Position numbers and translations under genes: made by a program
Notes under the pieces: generated by a model
The model's database searches: none
Seen by the model: only the letters and a program-made list of their open reading frames with translations
What the model was told of the DNA's origin: nothing
Shown here: piece by piece, positions 31,611 to 40,591 of the stretch
How positions within the stretch are numbered: position 1 is the stretch's first letter
Layout: each line of letters opens with the position of its first letter
From: a virus
Length of the DNA: 64,000 nucleotides
Strand: one strand, 5' to 3'
IMG/VR virus record: IMGVR_UViG_3300042862_000066
Span: 32,001 to 96,000 of that record

Positions 31611-32765
31611 TTATCCTCCGCATAATAAGCATGGCAAAACACCATCTTCTAAAACTATACTTGTAATATTTGCTGAGGTCATAGTATATGTTTGAAAAGT
31701 AGGATCGGAACCAGCAACTATTGTAAATCCAATTGCCCATAAACAATTACCATTATAATTAAATACGTATCCAGAAAAAGGATCCAGGCTATCTAAAATA
31801 TTATAATCAAGTACCAGATTAAATTGAGGACAAAGATTAGCACCTCCGCTAGGGGCACTTCCATCTAAACATGTTGTACAACCAAATGTACCTGGAGCAT
31901 CACCGTAGGCTCCTACTGTAAATGTGTATGTTACGGGAGGAACTGGGGGTATAAAAGGATTGCCTGAAGGTTCTGGGCATACCACTGGAGTAACTGGTGT
32001 TGTTATTATACATGCTGTTGGATCCGTCATTACTGAATAATCAGATTGCTCTTTCTTAATCCAAAGTTTATCTAAGTCTATTGTATCACAACAGTTACCA
32101 TATCCGTTTTTAAGACCAAGGAATAACTTGTAATATCCGTTAGCAAATTTGATATTAGCATTAATATCACATGCTCCTTGTGTAAACTGATAGAATAATC
32201 TAGGGGATAGTGGGGTTGTTTCAGAATAAGGTAACGGTAATGTCTCAGGGGAGCTTCCGGGTACTGGGAAAGGATCTGGTGATGGAGGATAAGATTCTCC
32301 TAAACAACAGGTGCAACCATCGATACCAAAGGCATTTAAAAATGTTACCGTTTCAGTAGCGGCAAGAGCAACTATAGTTACTTCCCAGCATCCGGGATAT
32401 TCTTCAATAGTTATAACGGATCCATCATAGATAGGATCAATACCGTCAACAATTAACGTGCTTGCATCTTGACAATTTGTTAATTGTATACCTTCTACAG
32501 GACAGCCTGCTGTTCCAAAAGTAACAGTAATAATACTTAGGGCAATGCTATTAAGGCAATTTGTTCCATAATCTGGACAACTACTGAGACAGCAAATTGA
32601 ATCAGCTATCCATGTTCCTGGTAATGACGGACTTGTTGTTGAAAAATTATTACCTAGTTCGCTAACCCATGTGTTATAAGTAGTGGCAAATTCTGGACCA
32701 GTATTAATCCATACTATAGTACCTGTTTCACAATTAATTGCTTTTAAGCAGCAGCTTTGAATCAT
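31611..32765 (-). CDS. Cys-rich tail-associated (hub-like) protein
   Basis: Likely start MIQSCC at 32765, just after the upstream stop; shares L-x-x-C...EYPxCW repeats with the 946-aa protein; Pro-rich linkers. Confidence 0.55.
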   Translation of the reverse strand: MIQSCCLKAINCETGTIVWINTGPEFATTYNTWVSELGNNFSTTSPSLPGTWIADSICCLSSCPDYGTNCLNSIALSIITVTFGTAGCPVEGIQLTNCQDASTLIVDGIDPIYDGSVITIEEYPGCWEVTIVALAATETVTFLNAFGIDGCTCCLGESYPPSPDPFPVPGSSPETLPLPYSETTPLSPRLFYQFTQGACDINANIKFANGYYKLFLGLKNGYGNCCDTIDLDKLWIKKEQSDYSVMTDPTACIITTPVTPVVCPEPSGNPFIPPVPPVTYTFTVGAYGDAPGTFGCTTCLDGSAPSGGANLCPQFNLVLDYNILDSLDPFSGYVFNYNGNCLWAIGFTIVAGSDPTFQTYTMTSANITSIVLEDGVLPCLLCGG

Positions 32766-32767
32766 AA

Positions 32768-35608
32768 TTAGCAGAGATAAGATAAACAGGTTGGACAATC
32801 GTTATAAGCTACGTCTACAGTTACTACTACTTGTGGTAAGAATGTAAATGTTTCTTCTATAGTAAAGCATATGTCAGGATATTCTACAAATGTTAGTATA
32901 GGCAAACCTTGATTTATACCGCCAGTTAGATATGATGACAAATCTGTAGTAGTTTGCAATAGCGGTGTAGTCTCTCCGCACTTAATTAAATTATAATAAG
33001 GGTCAACTTCCTCAACTTCGTTACAGTCTATGCAGTCTGCGTATGCCGTAATTTGGTCAACAGTGACATTTAAGGTAGTAGAACTTGTGCATGCATTATT
33101 TAAGGATACATATAGGCATGCTGCAACGCCTTCAATAAAAATATACTGGTCTATAAACTGAGCCATAAAATCGTTATCCTGGCCGGTAGTATTTACAGAG
33201 GCATATATAGTATTATCAGCACAGTTAATTAAGTCGTAGCAACAAGTATTAAATGGTGTTGATGATACGCAGTTACAGTAGTATACTAACGTTGTTGGGT
33301 CCTGTATTATTTGACAAGGATTATTACATGTTAGAGCCGATTGTGAAATATTACAAACTAATGATGCTGATATAGATAGTCCTATTCCGGCATAAGAACT
33401 AGGGATAAGATCTGTTTGATAATAATCAGGTAAACCGGAAACGGCATTACTAGGAAATTTATCTGATGATGTATAACTACCTTGCCAACTTGGGCATTCT
33501 CCGGGACTTAAAAGAAACGGTACATCTAGTGCTCCATTATCTTTGTTAGAGTCAATATTAGTTCCAAAAATAGAAGAAGTATCTAAATAGCAAGGAGTTA
33601 CTGCATCAGTAGGGTCTATTCCAACAAATGCGGTTTTGGTAATATTTTGTTCTATGGTTAGGCCGGTAACTAATAATGTTATATCTGTAGCTCCGGCGGG
33701 GGCTCCAGTAGATGTAATAGCTGTACCCGCCTTAATTTCCTGAGCTAAGTCCATTGTGGCAATATAGTCAGCAAGACGTCTATCCTGGTATGTGGCCTGA
33801 ATAACACTATTGATATCATCTAGGCCAAATGTTCCACATACGGCAAGTCCCGGAGTTGCCCCAAACGTTGTTATAATAGAAGGTAAGGTTACGCCGTAAT
33901 TGCTTAATAAGGTATTAGGATCAATGTAATTTGGCCATCCGTCTGTTACAAATAATATTTTTTTATTTGCGGTAGGTCGGCTATTAACCCCCCACACCAC
34001 ATCGTAGCCCCTACCTAAACCGGCAAAGCTATTTGTAAAAAGAAAACCTAGTGTATTAACTATTCCGTATGAATCTACAGGACTAGAGAAAATAGGGGTA
34101 CCCATGCTATTAATTGCAGCTTTAAGCAATCCTGGATTAGATACAGTACCCGCTGGAGAGTTATTGGCTCCTCCTGCTTCCCATGCTGTAGGACCAAAAT
34201 TTAAACTAACTCCTCCAACTGGCGTAAATTGATCAACTGCAAATAATACTATACCTACTCGTATCTCTCCAGAAGTAATTCTTCCTAAGCTGTTCGCAAG
34301 AGTATTTAAATTACCGTTTGCATCATAACCCATCTCTAGTCCATCGACAATACCTCGAATCATGTTCTTATACTCCGGCATTTCTGTGTCGCTAATCGAC
34401 CCTGATATATCTATAACTATTGCTACATCAGTATCACAACCTGCCGGATCTGTTCCCTCACAATTGCCGGTTACCGGATTATATACTAGTCCCTCTGGAC
34501 ACATAGGTGTATTAGTAATACATTGTTGAGATGTTTCATCCCAAGAGAAGCCTGGTTCGCATCCACAACCTTCTATTATTTTAGTAGTCCATAAAGAATA
34601 TCCGGGAGAATTAAATGGCCAATATACTGTAGAAGATGTTGTTACAATAGATGTGTTTGCGCTAGTAGCTTTATAAACAAGACCTAGTGCTGCAGCTCCT
34701 TTGTCATATGTAAAGAATCCTTCTGTTTCAGAATAGAAACTTGCACCAAACATGTTCCTGGCATCATCACCAATAAGTTGTCCGGGAAATACTTCTGACC
34801 AAGATAGCCCTAAATCCGAACTGTATAGTATTGGACCATTCCCTCCTAATGCCCATAAGTGAGAATTAACATCTAATTCACTAAGGTTTATATTATACAT
34901 TGTTAAAGTAGTATACTTTAGAGGGGGCGTATAATAATCAGGATCAGTCCATGTATATACAACAGAAAAACTTACTCCTCCGTTTGTACTTCTATATATT
35001 CTTTTGTCAGTTGTAGCAACTATAAGTTGTTGATCTTGGCTCATAAGTAAGCCTGATACAACCTCGCCAGCGGCAAGAACTACACCTCCGTTTAAATATG
35101 TCCAGTTAGCTCCCCCATCTGTTGTTTTAGCAATTGCTCCACCGTGACCTAAAATACCAAAGTTTAGAGATGCAAAATATATACTTAGAGCTATATTACC
35201 AAATGCTGGATTTAGGCCTGTTGTTGTAGAGGTGTAAGTAAGACCGCCATCTGTAGATTTTATAACACCTGGTAAAAGTCCCGCAGTGCTACCTGCTATA
35301 TATATGCCTGCCGGATATAAAGGATCACCAGGAATTATTCCTTCTGGAATAGATATTTGGTAAGCGTTAGTCATACTACCGATAGGAGGGGTTACTTGCG
35401 TAATCGTTGCTCCAGCATCTGTAGTATATCCAATATAGTTTACGCCGCACATAATAGCGTAATCCGGATACTGGTAAAATTTATCTGTCTTAACATCATA
35501 AAGATCTACTAATGTAAAACCAGTATAATCTGTCCAGGCTTCAGTAGAATGGTTATAAACTCTGAAAAGACCCGTATTTCCTGTTAAGTATGTTTTACCG
35601 AAAGCCAT
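32768..35608 (-). CDS. Mosaic adhesin-like protein: Asp-box beta-propeller + Cys-rich repeats + VWA domain + Cys-rich C-terminal repeats (946 aa)
   Basis: Asp-box/BNR repeats (KSTDGGLTY, KTTDGGANW, RSTNGGVSF, YSSDLGLSW), CEPGFSWD..C / CPEGLVYN..C, VWA MIDAS DVAIVIDISGS ... ILFVTDGWPN. Confidence 0.8.
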   Translation of the reverse strand: MAFGKTYLTGNTGLFRVYNHSTEAWTDYTGFTLVDLYDVKTDKFYQYPDYAIMCGVNYIGYTTDAGATITQVTPPIGSMTNAYQISIPEGIIPGDPLYPAGIYIAGSTAGLLPGVIKSTDGGLTYTSTTTGLNPAFGNIALSIYFASLNFGILGHGGAIAKTTDGGANWTYLNGGVVLAAGEVVSGLLMSQDQQLIVATTDKRIYRSTNGGVSFSVVYTWTDPDYYTPPLKYTTLTMYNINLSELDVNSHLWALGGNGPILYSSDLGLSWSEVFPGQLIGDDARNMFGASFYSETEGFFTYDKGAAALGLVYKATSANTSIVTTSSTVYWPFNSPGYSLWTTKIIEGCGCEPGFSWDETSQQCITNTPMCPEGLVYNPVTGNCEGTDPAGCDTDVAIVIDISGSISDTEMPEYKNMIRGIVDGLEMGYDANGNLNTLANSLGRITSGEIRVGIVLFAVDQFTPVGGVSLNFGPTAWEAGGANNSPAGTVSNPGLLKAAINSMGTPIFSSPVDSYGIVNTLGFLFTNSFAGLGRGYDVVWGVNSRPTANKKILFVTDGWPNYIDPNTLLSNYGVTLPSIITTFGATPGLAVCGTFGLDDINSVIQATYQDRRLADYIATMDLAQEIKAGTAITSTGAPAGATDITLLVTGLTIEQNITKTAFVGIDPTDAVTPCYLDTSSIFGTNIDSNKDNGALDVPFLLSPGECPSWQGSYTSSDKFPSNAVSGLPDYYQTDLIPSSYAGIGLSISASLVCNISQSALTCNNPCQIIQDPTTLVYYCNCVSSTPFNTCCYDLINCADNTIYASVNTTGQDNDFMAQFIDQYIFIEGVAACLYVSLNNACTSSTTLNVTVDQITAYADCIDCNEVEEVDPYYNLIKCGETTPLLQTTTDLSSYLTGGINQGLPILTFVEYPDICFTIEETFTFLPQVVVTVDVAYNDCPTCLSYLC

Positions 35609-35611
35609 TTG

Positions 35612-35758
35612 TTAAGTTGTTTGTGGCAAAGCTGGTCTTGGAGCCGGCTTAGCCTGTAATTGTTTAATACAGTTTGTACATCCTTGTTTTCCTTCAGGTG
35701 TTACTCTTTTCTGACATCCACAGGACATCATATTTCCGCAGTTTGAACATTTTGCCAT
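35612..35758 (-). CDS. 48-aa Cys-rich (Zn-binding-like) microprotein, missing from ORF track
   Basis: MAKCSNCGNMMSCGCQKRVTPEGKQGCTNCIKQLQAKPAPRPALPQTT*; fills the gap exactly; AAAACCAA leader. Confidence 0.75.
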   Translation of the reverse strand: MAKCSNCGNMMSCGCQKRVTPEGKQGCTNCIKQLQAKPAPRPALPQTT

Positions 35759-35785
35759 TGAAGTAATATATTGGTTTTTAACTAA

Positions 35786-36358
35786 TTAGCAATTTCCACA
35801 GCCGCAGCTACAAGCTAATTTATTTAGTCTTGTAAGCACATAATTATAAATAGCCATACCCTGTGACGGAGAATGGCAATATTCTACTTTAGCTTTAGCT
35901 GCCTTAAGCATAGTAGTAAGAAGTTGTACTTCTTGTAGTTTCGCTTTAATAGGAGCCTGTGGCTCGCAGTTTGGCACATCTAGGCAACATAGGAGCTCGT
36001 TGATTTTATTCATCGCCTCCGTAGTTCTTAGATGATTATATTCTACATAGACAAATTGGTGTGGAGCTACGCTATATCTAATAACATAAACCCCATCTAC
36101 AACATTATTTCTGTAACTATCACAGTTAGTAGTTTGTGTATCTAATCCGCAAGCTGTAATATTAACATCAAAGCTGCTTGTCGTACTAACTGTACCCAGG
36201 TCTTCAAATACTGAAGCCGTAGTAAATCCAGGACAAGTTATCTCTAATCGAGGACATTCAATAGGTACGTTAATATTATACGTACTTGTATCTACTATAC
36301 GAATTACGCATGTAGTTAACGTATCTGGAATATCTAAAGATAATAAGTGTTGTGCCAT
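35786..36358 (-). CDS. Tail hub-like structural protein
   Basis: IRIVDTSTY...LEITCPGF...DGVYVIRYSVAP motif characteristic of the conserved crAss-like gene downstream of the auxiliary capsid gene. Confidence 0.65.
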   Translation of the reverse strand: MAQHLLSLDIPDTLTTCVIRIVDTSTYNINVPIECPRLEITCPGFTTASVFEDLGTVSTTSSFDVNITACGLDTQTTNCDSYRNNVVDGVYVIRYSVAPHQFVYVEYNHLRTTEAMNKINELLCCLDVPNCEPQAPIKAKLQEVQLLTTMLKAAKAKVEYCHSPSQGMAIYNYVLTRLNKLACSCGCGNC

Positions 36359-36370
36359 AGTACTAAGTTA

Positions 36371-36378
36371 CAAAGATA
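36371..36378 (-). promoter_or_regulatory. Bacteroidota -7 element TATCTTTG
   Basis: caaagata 12 nt upstream of the ATG at 36358, just past a terminator. Confidence 0.55.
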
Positions 36379-36390
36379 TAGTGTAAAAAT

Positions 36391-36427
36391 AAAAAAGGGA
36401 GAGAGTTTTTTTGCTCCCTCCCTTTTT
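36391..36427. terminator. Intrinsic terminator (bidirectional shape) after the auxiliary capsid gene
   Basis: aaaaaagggagagag-N7-ctccctccctttt. Confidence 0.8.
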
Positions 36428-36444
36428 ACAAGTTTTAGTTAAGA

Positions 36445-38010
36445 TTAACGAGGGTCAAACTCAGCAGGTACTGGAGTACAAACTTCTGGACAAGCGTATG
36501 TTGTCAAAGTAGTACAGCCGCTACCTGCGTTGCTCAACCAAGCTTCAACAAAGCCTTCAAATGCTACGTTGTAGTTAGTAGTTGCAGACAATACACTTGT
36601 TGCATCTAATGCTACAGTTATAGGTGCTGTTGCACTACCTAAAGTAATTGTGAATACTGTAGTACTTACTACTTCATAGATGTAAGCATTAGCAACGATA
36701 GTACCCGTTCCACCTGTTAAAGTAACAACCATACCTGGTAACAAACCTGCTGTAGAAGCTACAGTGATTGTACCATAAGCTGGAATAGCACCTGCAGCAG
36801 CAGTACTTGTAGAAGCAGCTGTTGAATCAATACCTGCAACAACATTATCTTCAGTTACAACAATTTGCAACAAGTACTGATCATTATCAAATGTTCCAGA
36901 AGGATTATTGAAACGTGGTACGTTATGTTGAATATAGTAGCTAGTATAGAAAGCATTACGATTAATTGCATCATACACGTCTGTACCGTTAGTGATCTCA
37001 CGAATACGCAAGTCTTGTCCGGTATAGAAAGGCTGTTGCATGTATGCTTCAGTTAAGATAAGCTGACGTATAACATTTTCACCTGTTCCTTTTAACTGAA
37101 TTGGTTGACAAATATCATTCTCACAAAGACCTGTGAAAGCACAAGGGTCTCCGTTAAGATCTACCTCAGAAGCAAAAAGCTTAACTGGCTCTAAGAAAGC
37201 AATGATAGAATCATTAGGATAGAAAGTACAATCTTGGAAACGAGTATCAGCATAAGCTCCAGTGATAATCAAACCAGCAAGAGTAGTCTCATCTGTTCCT
37301 GGAGGGAATGCAGCACCTTCCAAAGTGTAAGGTAACAATGCTTCAGCAGTTGTGCTATCGTCAGTATTAACTGGCTCAAATGCCTGCCAAGTTGTTCCAG
37401 CATCAGTAGAGTAAGTAATTGCTACGTGGATGAACGGATTAATCAAAATACTGTTTAAGAAGTCATAAGCCCATTTAGTGTAAACAATCAAAGGATTTAC
37501 AGCTACTGGAGCAATTGCATCAGCTGGACAACATCCTGTGTAAGCACCAGAAGTGTAATAGCTGTTACGAGTTAAGTAACGTAATGCAGGTGATCCTTTA
37601 ATGTCTAAACGCAAAGAATAAGTCTCTCCGCATAAGAATTCCTTAGCGCAAGATCCTTCATAATTTTCTACGTTAGCACCTACAGTAATCTGTGCTTGTT
37701 GAGCAGGACAAGATTCTACTTTGTAGAAAGATGATACATACTTAGGGTTGATAGTCTTAGACTTTACAGACTCAGAATATCCACCGTGGAATGGACCAAT
37801 TTTGTCATTAGGGTGAATAGAACCTGATACAAGTACCAATGGGCACTTTAAAGCAGTTGATGGATCAAGATCCGTAGGGATAGTCCAAGTTTTAGGATCA
37901 ACAAAAGTAAACTCACCTAGAGTTAAGTCACTTGTTGATAATCCTGGATCAGTTACAAAACCATTGTATCCTACAAAGGTTTTCTGAAAGGCATGATTAA
38001 AATACGACAT
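36445..38010 (-). CDS. Auxiliary capsid protein-like structural protein (521 aa)
   Basis: Highly biased codon usage, own terminator, CGETYSLRLDIKGS and YYIQHNVPRFNNPSGTFDNDQYL motifs; syntenic with the crAss auxiliary capsid gene. Confidence 0.65.
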   Translation of the reverse strand: MSYFNHAFQKTFVGYNGFVTDPGLSTSDLTLGEFTFVDPKTWTIPTDLDPSTALKCPLVLVSGSIHPNDKIGPFHGGYSESVKSKTINPKYVSSFYKVESCPAQQAQITVGANVENYEGSCAKEFLCGETYSLRLDIKGSPALRYLTRNSYYTSGAYTGCCPADAIAPVAVNPLIVYTKWAYDFLNSILINPFIHVAITYSTDAGTTWQAFEPVNTDDSTTAEALLPYTLEGAAFPPGTDETTLAGLIITGAYADTRFQDCTFYPNDSIIAFLEPVKLFASEVDLNGDPCAFTGLCENDICQPIQLKGTGENVIRQLILTEAYMQQPFYTGQDLRIREITNGTDVYDAINRNAFYTSYYIQHNVPRFNNPSGTFDNDQYLLQIVVTEDNVVAGIDSTAASTSTAAAGAIPAYGTITVASTAGLLPGMVVTLTGGTGTIVANAYIYEVVSTTVFTITLGSATAPITVALDATSVLSATTNYNVAFEGFVEAWLSNAGSGCTTLTTYACPEVCTPVPAEFDPR

Positions 38011-38078
38011 GTTTTTTTGTTTTTAAGGGTTATAAATATATAGTTAATATAAGGAAAGTTTCTCAACTCTCCAAATTT

Positions 38079-38672
38079 TTACAAATAATCTTTCATCTCG
38101 TGATCAAGTAAGCGCATTGCTACCTTGTCTGTACCAAAAGAGTTTAACTGGTCTACCCAGTTTTGCATCTTGTTATGCTCTTCAACTTGTTCTTTTAAGT
38201 AAGCTAAAGCAAACTCATATAACATGTAGTCTGCTTTTTTCATAGCGTCTCCAGCCAACTCTTTGATTTGCTTAGTTATAGTAATCTCATGATCATAAGA
38301 CATCTGTATAATCTCAGGAAGACCATTAAAGGTTTGGTTAGGAGAATCTAGTTTTGGAGTAAGCGGTTGTACCCCCATAGATAATAAGTAGGTTCTTGCT
38401 AAGTCTGAATGGGACATTTCCTCATTAGAGTATTTACGCCATAGTTTAGCGGCATTAACATAACCGTTATTATCTAACCACATTGACATAGCCAAGTATA
38501 TTCTGCCCGAGTATTCCTCTTGTTGTACACGGTAGTTTAGATACTCTACGCAGTCATCTGATAAAAGTATATTCTTACCTTTAGTAGATGGTGCTTTCTT
38601 TATAGTAGATGCGGTAGGACTAGTAATACCTACTACTTCTCGTTTCAATAAATTTCTCGGTTGTTCCGCCAT
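38079..38672 (-). CDS. ftnA: Non-heme ferritin
   Basis: LNYRVQQEEYSGRIYLAMSMWL, EEMSH, HEITIT, LKEQVEEH: complete Ftn ferroxidase pattern (E, Y, EExxH, E, QxxE). Confidence 0.9.
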   Translation of the reverse strand: MAEQPRNLLKREVVGITSPTASTIKKAPSTKGKNILLSDDCVEYLNYRVQQEEYSGRIYLAMSMWLDNNGYVNAAKLWRKYSNEEMSHSDLARTYLLSMGVQPLTPKLDSPNQTFNGLPEIIQMSYDHEITITKQIKELAGDAMKKADYMLYEFALAYLKEQVEEHNKMQNWVDQLNSFGTDKVAMRLLDHEMKDYL

Positions 38673-38684
38673 TATTCCTAGTTA

Positions 38685-39392
38685 TTATGTGTTTTCTTCT
38701 CCAGATGTTTTAGCAATAGAATATTGATTCATAGATTCAATATCTCCTGCAAGTACTTGTACTGTTTCATCTACAAGTATTTCAATGATGTTATCCGCAA
38801 ATTCGCAAATAATATCATCAGTCGATACTTGTAGGGTATATGGGTCTGTGCAGCCATTGATTTGAATCAGAACTGGATTTCTATAATACATCAGATAGCA
38901 GTTGACAACTTCAAAATCATTGTCATTATATATACGTACTTTATCTCCTACAAGAGTACAGAAGGTTTCTCCCCATTCAAAGCTAGGTTTACGTAAGTAA
39001 TCCTGTAAGTAAACGGGAACGTTCTGTTCTTCAGCAAGATAAGTAACAGTCATGCTTTGCGGATCTTCGCAACATCCTTTTCTAGCATTAGCGTCAATAC
39101 GTTTAAACTGTAAATAATCTTCCGGAAGAAGCTCAGTTTCTTGGTATAGATGTTTGGGATAAAGCTCTACTAAAACTTCTTTTAATAAATTCTGAAGATC
39201 ATCTACTTTACGAGTAGATTGTTCATCTCCTTGTTTTTCAGCGTTTAATCCAATTAGTTGGCGACGGACCCATTGTATCTGGGCTTTATTAAAGGCCTCT
39301 ACAATTTGCCAGCATTCGAAGTTATCGTAATCATTGCTGGCAAGCTTATTAAGTCGTTGCTTAATCTTAAGCTGTAGAGTAGTATTGTTCAT
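38685..39392 (-). CDS. Head-tail ring/adaptor protein
   Basis: NKAQIQWV...EQSTRKVDDLQNL...LPEDYL...YLMYYRNP motifs of crAss-like ring proteins. Confidence 0.75.
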   Translation of the reverse strand: MNNTTLQLKIKQRLNKLASNDYDNFECWQIVEAFNKAQIQWVRRQLIGLNAEKQGDEQSTRKVDDLQNLLKEVLVELYPKHLYQETELLPEDYLQFKRIDANARKGCCEDPQSMTVTYLAEEQNVPVYLQDYLRKPSFEWGETFCTLVGDKVRIYNDNDFEVVNCYLMYYRNPVLIQINGCTDPYTLQVSTDDIICEFADNIIEILVDETVQVLAGDIESMNQYSIAKTSGEENT

Positions 39393-39395
39393 TAT

Positions 39396-39635
39396 TTACC
39401 AATTGTTATGTTTTTTATAACATCTACTAGGGCCACTACCACTACGTTTTTTATGAGCTTTGTAGTTATAACCTTTTCCTTTTTTAGGCCAATCCCCAGA
39501 TTCAGAAGATTCGGAAGATTCAGAAATAGTACCCATACCAGATACCGGCTCCTCCTTTGTATACATATTACTTGTATCTACAAAGTTCCCACCTAAATCC
39601 ATGTAACCTATTTTTTTAGAATTTTTGTTAATCAT
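39396..39635 (-). CDS. Small basic protein (79 aa)
   Basis: ORF tightly packed in the operon; YMDLGG motif; K-rich C-terminus. Confidence 0.6.
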   Translation of the reverse strand: MINKNSKKIGYMDLGGNFVDTSNMYTKEEPVSGMGTISESSESSESGDWPKKGKGYNYKAHKKRSGSGPSRCYKKHNNW

Positions 39636-39643
39636 GGTATTTA

Positions 39644-39844
39644 TTATCCTTTAACTTTTTTCAAGTTTGGGTTTGCCTTTTTAGCAGCAGAAGACGCCTT
39701 ACGAGCAGCAGAAGCTAATATAGCTCCAGCAGCTGCTTTAGATACGCCCTGCTTTTTTGCAATACTTGACTGTACTGCTTTAAATCCTGGATGGCTTCCT
39801 CCTTTCTTGTAGGATCCGCCACATTTTGCACAACCTTTCATCAT
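39644..39844 (-). CDS. Small K/A-rich basic protein (66 aa)
   Basis: YKKGGSHPGFKAVQSSIAKKQGVSKAAAGAILASAARKAS; histone-H1-like composition. Confidence 0.75.
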   Translation of the reverse strand: MMKGCAKCGGSYKKGGSHPGFKAVQSSIAKKQGVSKAAAGAILASAARKASSAAKKANPNLKKVKG

Positions 39845-39856
39845 AGTACTATAGTT

Positions 39857-40096
39857 TTAACATTTCCATTTTCTAAGCGCTAACGTTTTTCTTGTAGGCT
39901 CGCCGTTAGGTTTCTTTGCAGGTCCCTTTACTCCAGACATTCTAGCACAAAAGGATTTCTTTCTAGAGCCACCTTCTGGTTGTGGAGCTTTTAAATTTCC
40001 ACCAGTTTCTCTATTGTAAGAAGCACGCCCTTTAGCATTAAGTCCTCCACTTGGAGACTTACCTTCTTTTCTTTGCCATGCTGGACTCTTAGCCAT
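39857..40096 (-). CDS. Small basic protein (79 aa, DUF6321-like)
   Basis: True start MAKSPAWQRKEGK at 40096; GGLNAKGRASY...RKKSFCARM...ALRKWKC is a widespread phage motif (family label from memory). Confidence 0.75.
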   Translation of the reverse strand: MAKSPAWQRKEGKSPSGGLNAKGRASYNRETGGNLKAPQPEGGSRKKSFCARMSGVKGPAKKPNGEPTRKTLALRKWKC

Positions 40097-40097
40097 G

Positions 40098-40247
40098 TTA
40101 TTTCTTTTTAGCAGTCTTAGCCGACTGGGTAAAATCTTTTTTACTAGGGGCACCTTTTGCTCCCACCTTGCGCATCTTCTCACCTGAGCCTGCAGCTATG
40201 CGAGCTCTCTTAGCGTGAATATTAGCGTATAATCCTTGCTTAGCCAT
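40098..40247 (-). CDS. 49-aa basic microprotein, missing from ORF track
   Basis: MAKQGLYANIHAKRERIAAGSGEKMRKVGAKGAPSKKDFTQSAKTAKKK*; 1-nt gaps to both neighbours. Confidence 0.8.
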   Translation of the reverse strand: MAKQGLYANIHAKRARIAAGSGEKMRKVGAKGAPSKKDFTQSAKTAKKK

Positions 40248-40248
40248 G

Positions 40249-40467
40249 TTATTTTCCTTTAGCTACGTTACCTAACATTTTAATCTGCTCTTGAGCAAAT
40301 TTCTTTACATCAGTCATCATCTTAGGATTGCTACGAATTTCTTCTGCACGACGTAAAGTATTCATAGCTGATTCAATTTCCCATTTACGCATCTCCGCTT
40401 TATTTGGAGAAGAAATGCTTATTGAAGCAGTTGACTTTTTAGGGGTAGCTACTTTTTTTGCTGCCAT
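40249..40467 (-). CDS. Small basic protein (72 aa)
   Basis: Start MAAKKVATPKK at 40467; KWEIESAMNTLRRAEEIR helix. Confidence 0.75.
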   Translation of the reverse strand: MAAKKVATPKKSTASISISSPNKAEMRKWEIESAMNTLRRAEEIRSNPKMMTDVKKFAQEQIKMLGNVAKGK

Positions 40468-40468
40468 A

Positions 40469-40591
40469 TTATTTCTTTTTAGGGAGTTCAACTAAGCCAC
40501 ATTTAGAAGTCCCTCCCCCTGCAAATTTAGGAGGAGAGGCCTTCTTATAATGGATTAAATTTTTAGCTTCCTTACTAGTAAGGATAGCCAT
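40469..40591 (-). CDS. 40-aa basic microprotein, missing from ORF track
   Basis: MAILTSKEAKNLIHYKKASPPKFAGGGTSKCGLVELPKKK*; TAATG overlap upstream, 1-nt gap downstream. Confidence 0.65.
   Translation of the reverse strand: MAILTSKEAKNLIHYKKASPPKFAGGGTSKCGLVELPKKK

Noticed and set aside
35270-36760. Identical octapeptide STAGLLPG in the 946-aa and 521-aa proteins
   Set aside because: Different nucleotide sequence and context, low-complexity residues; probably coincidence.
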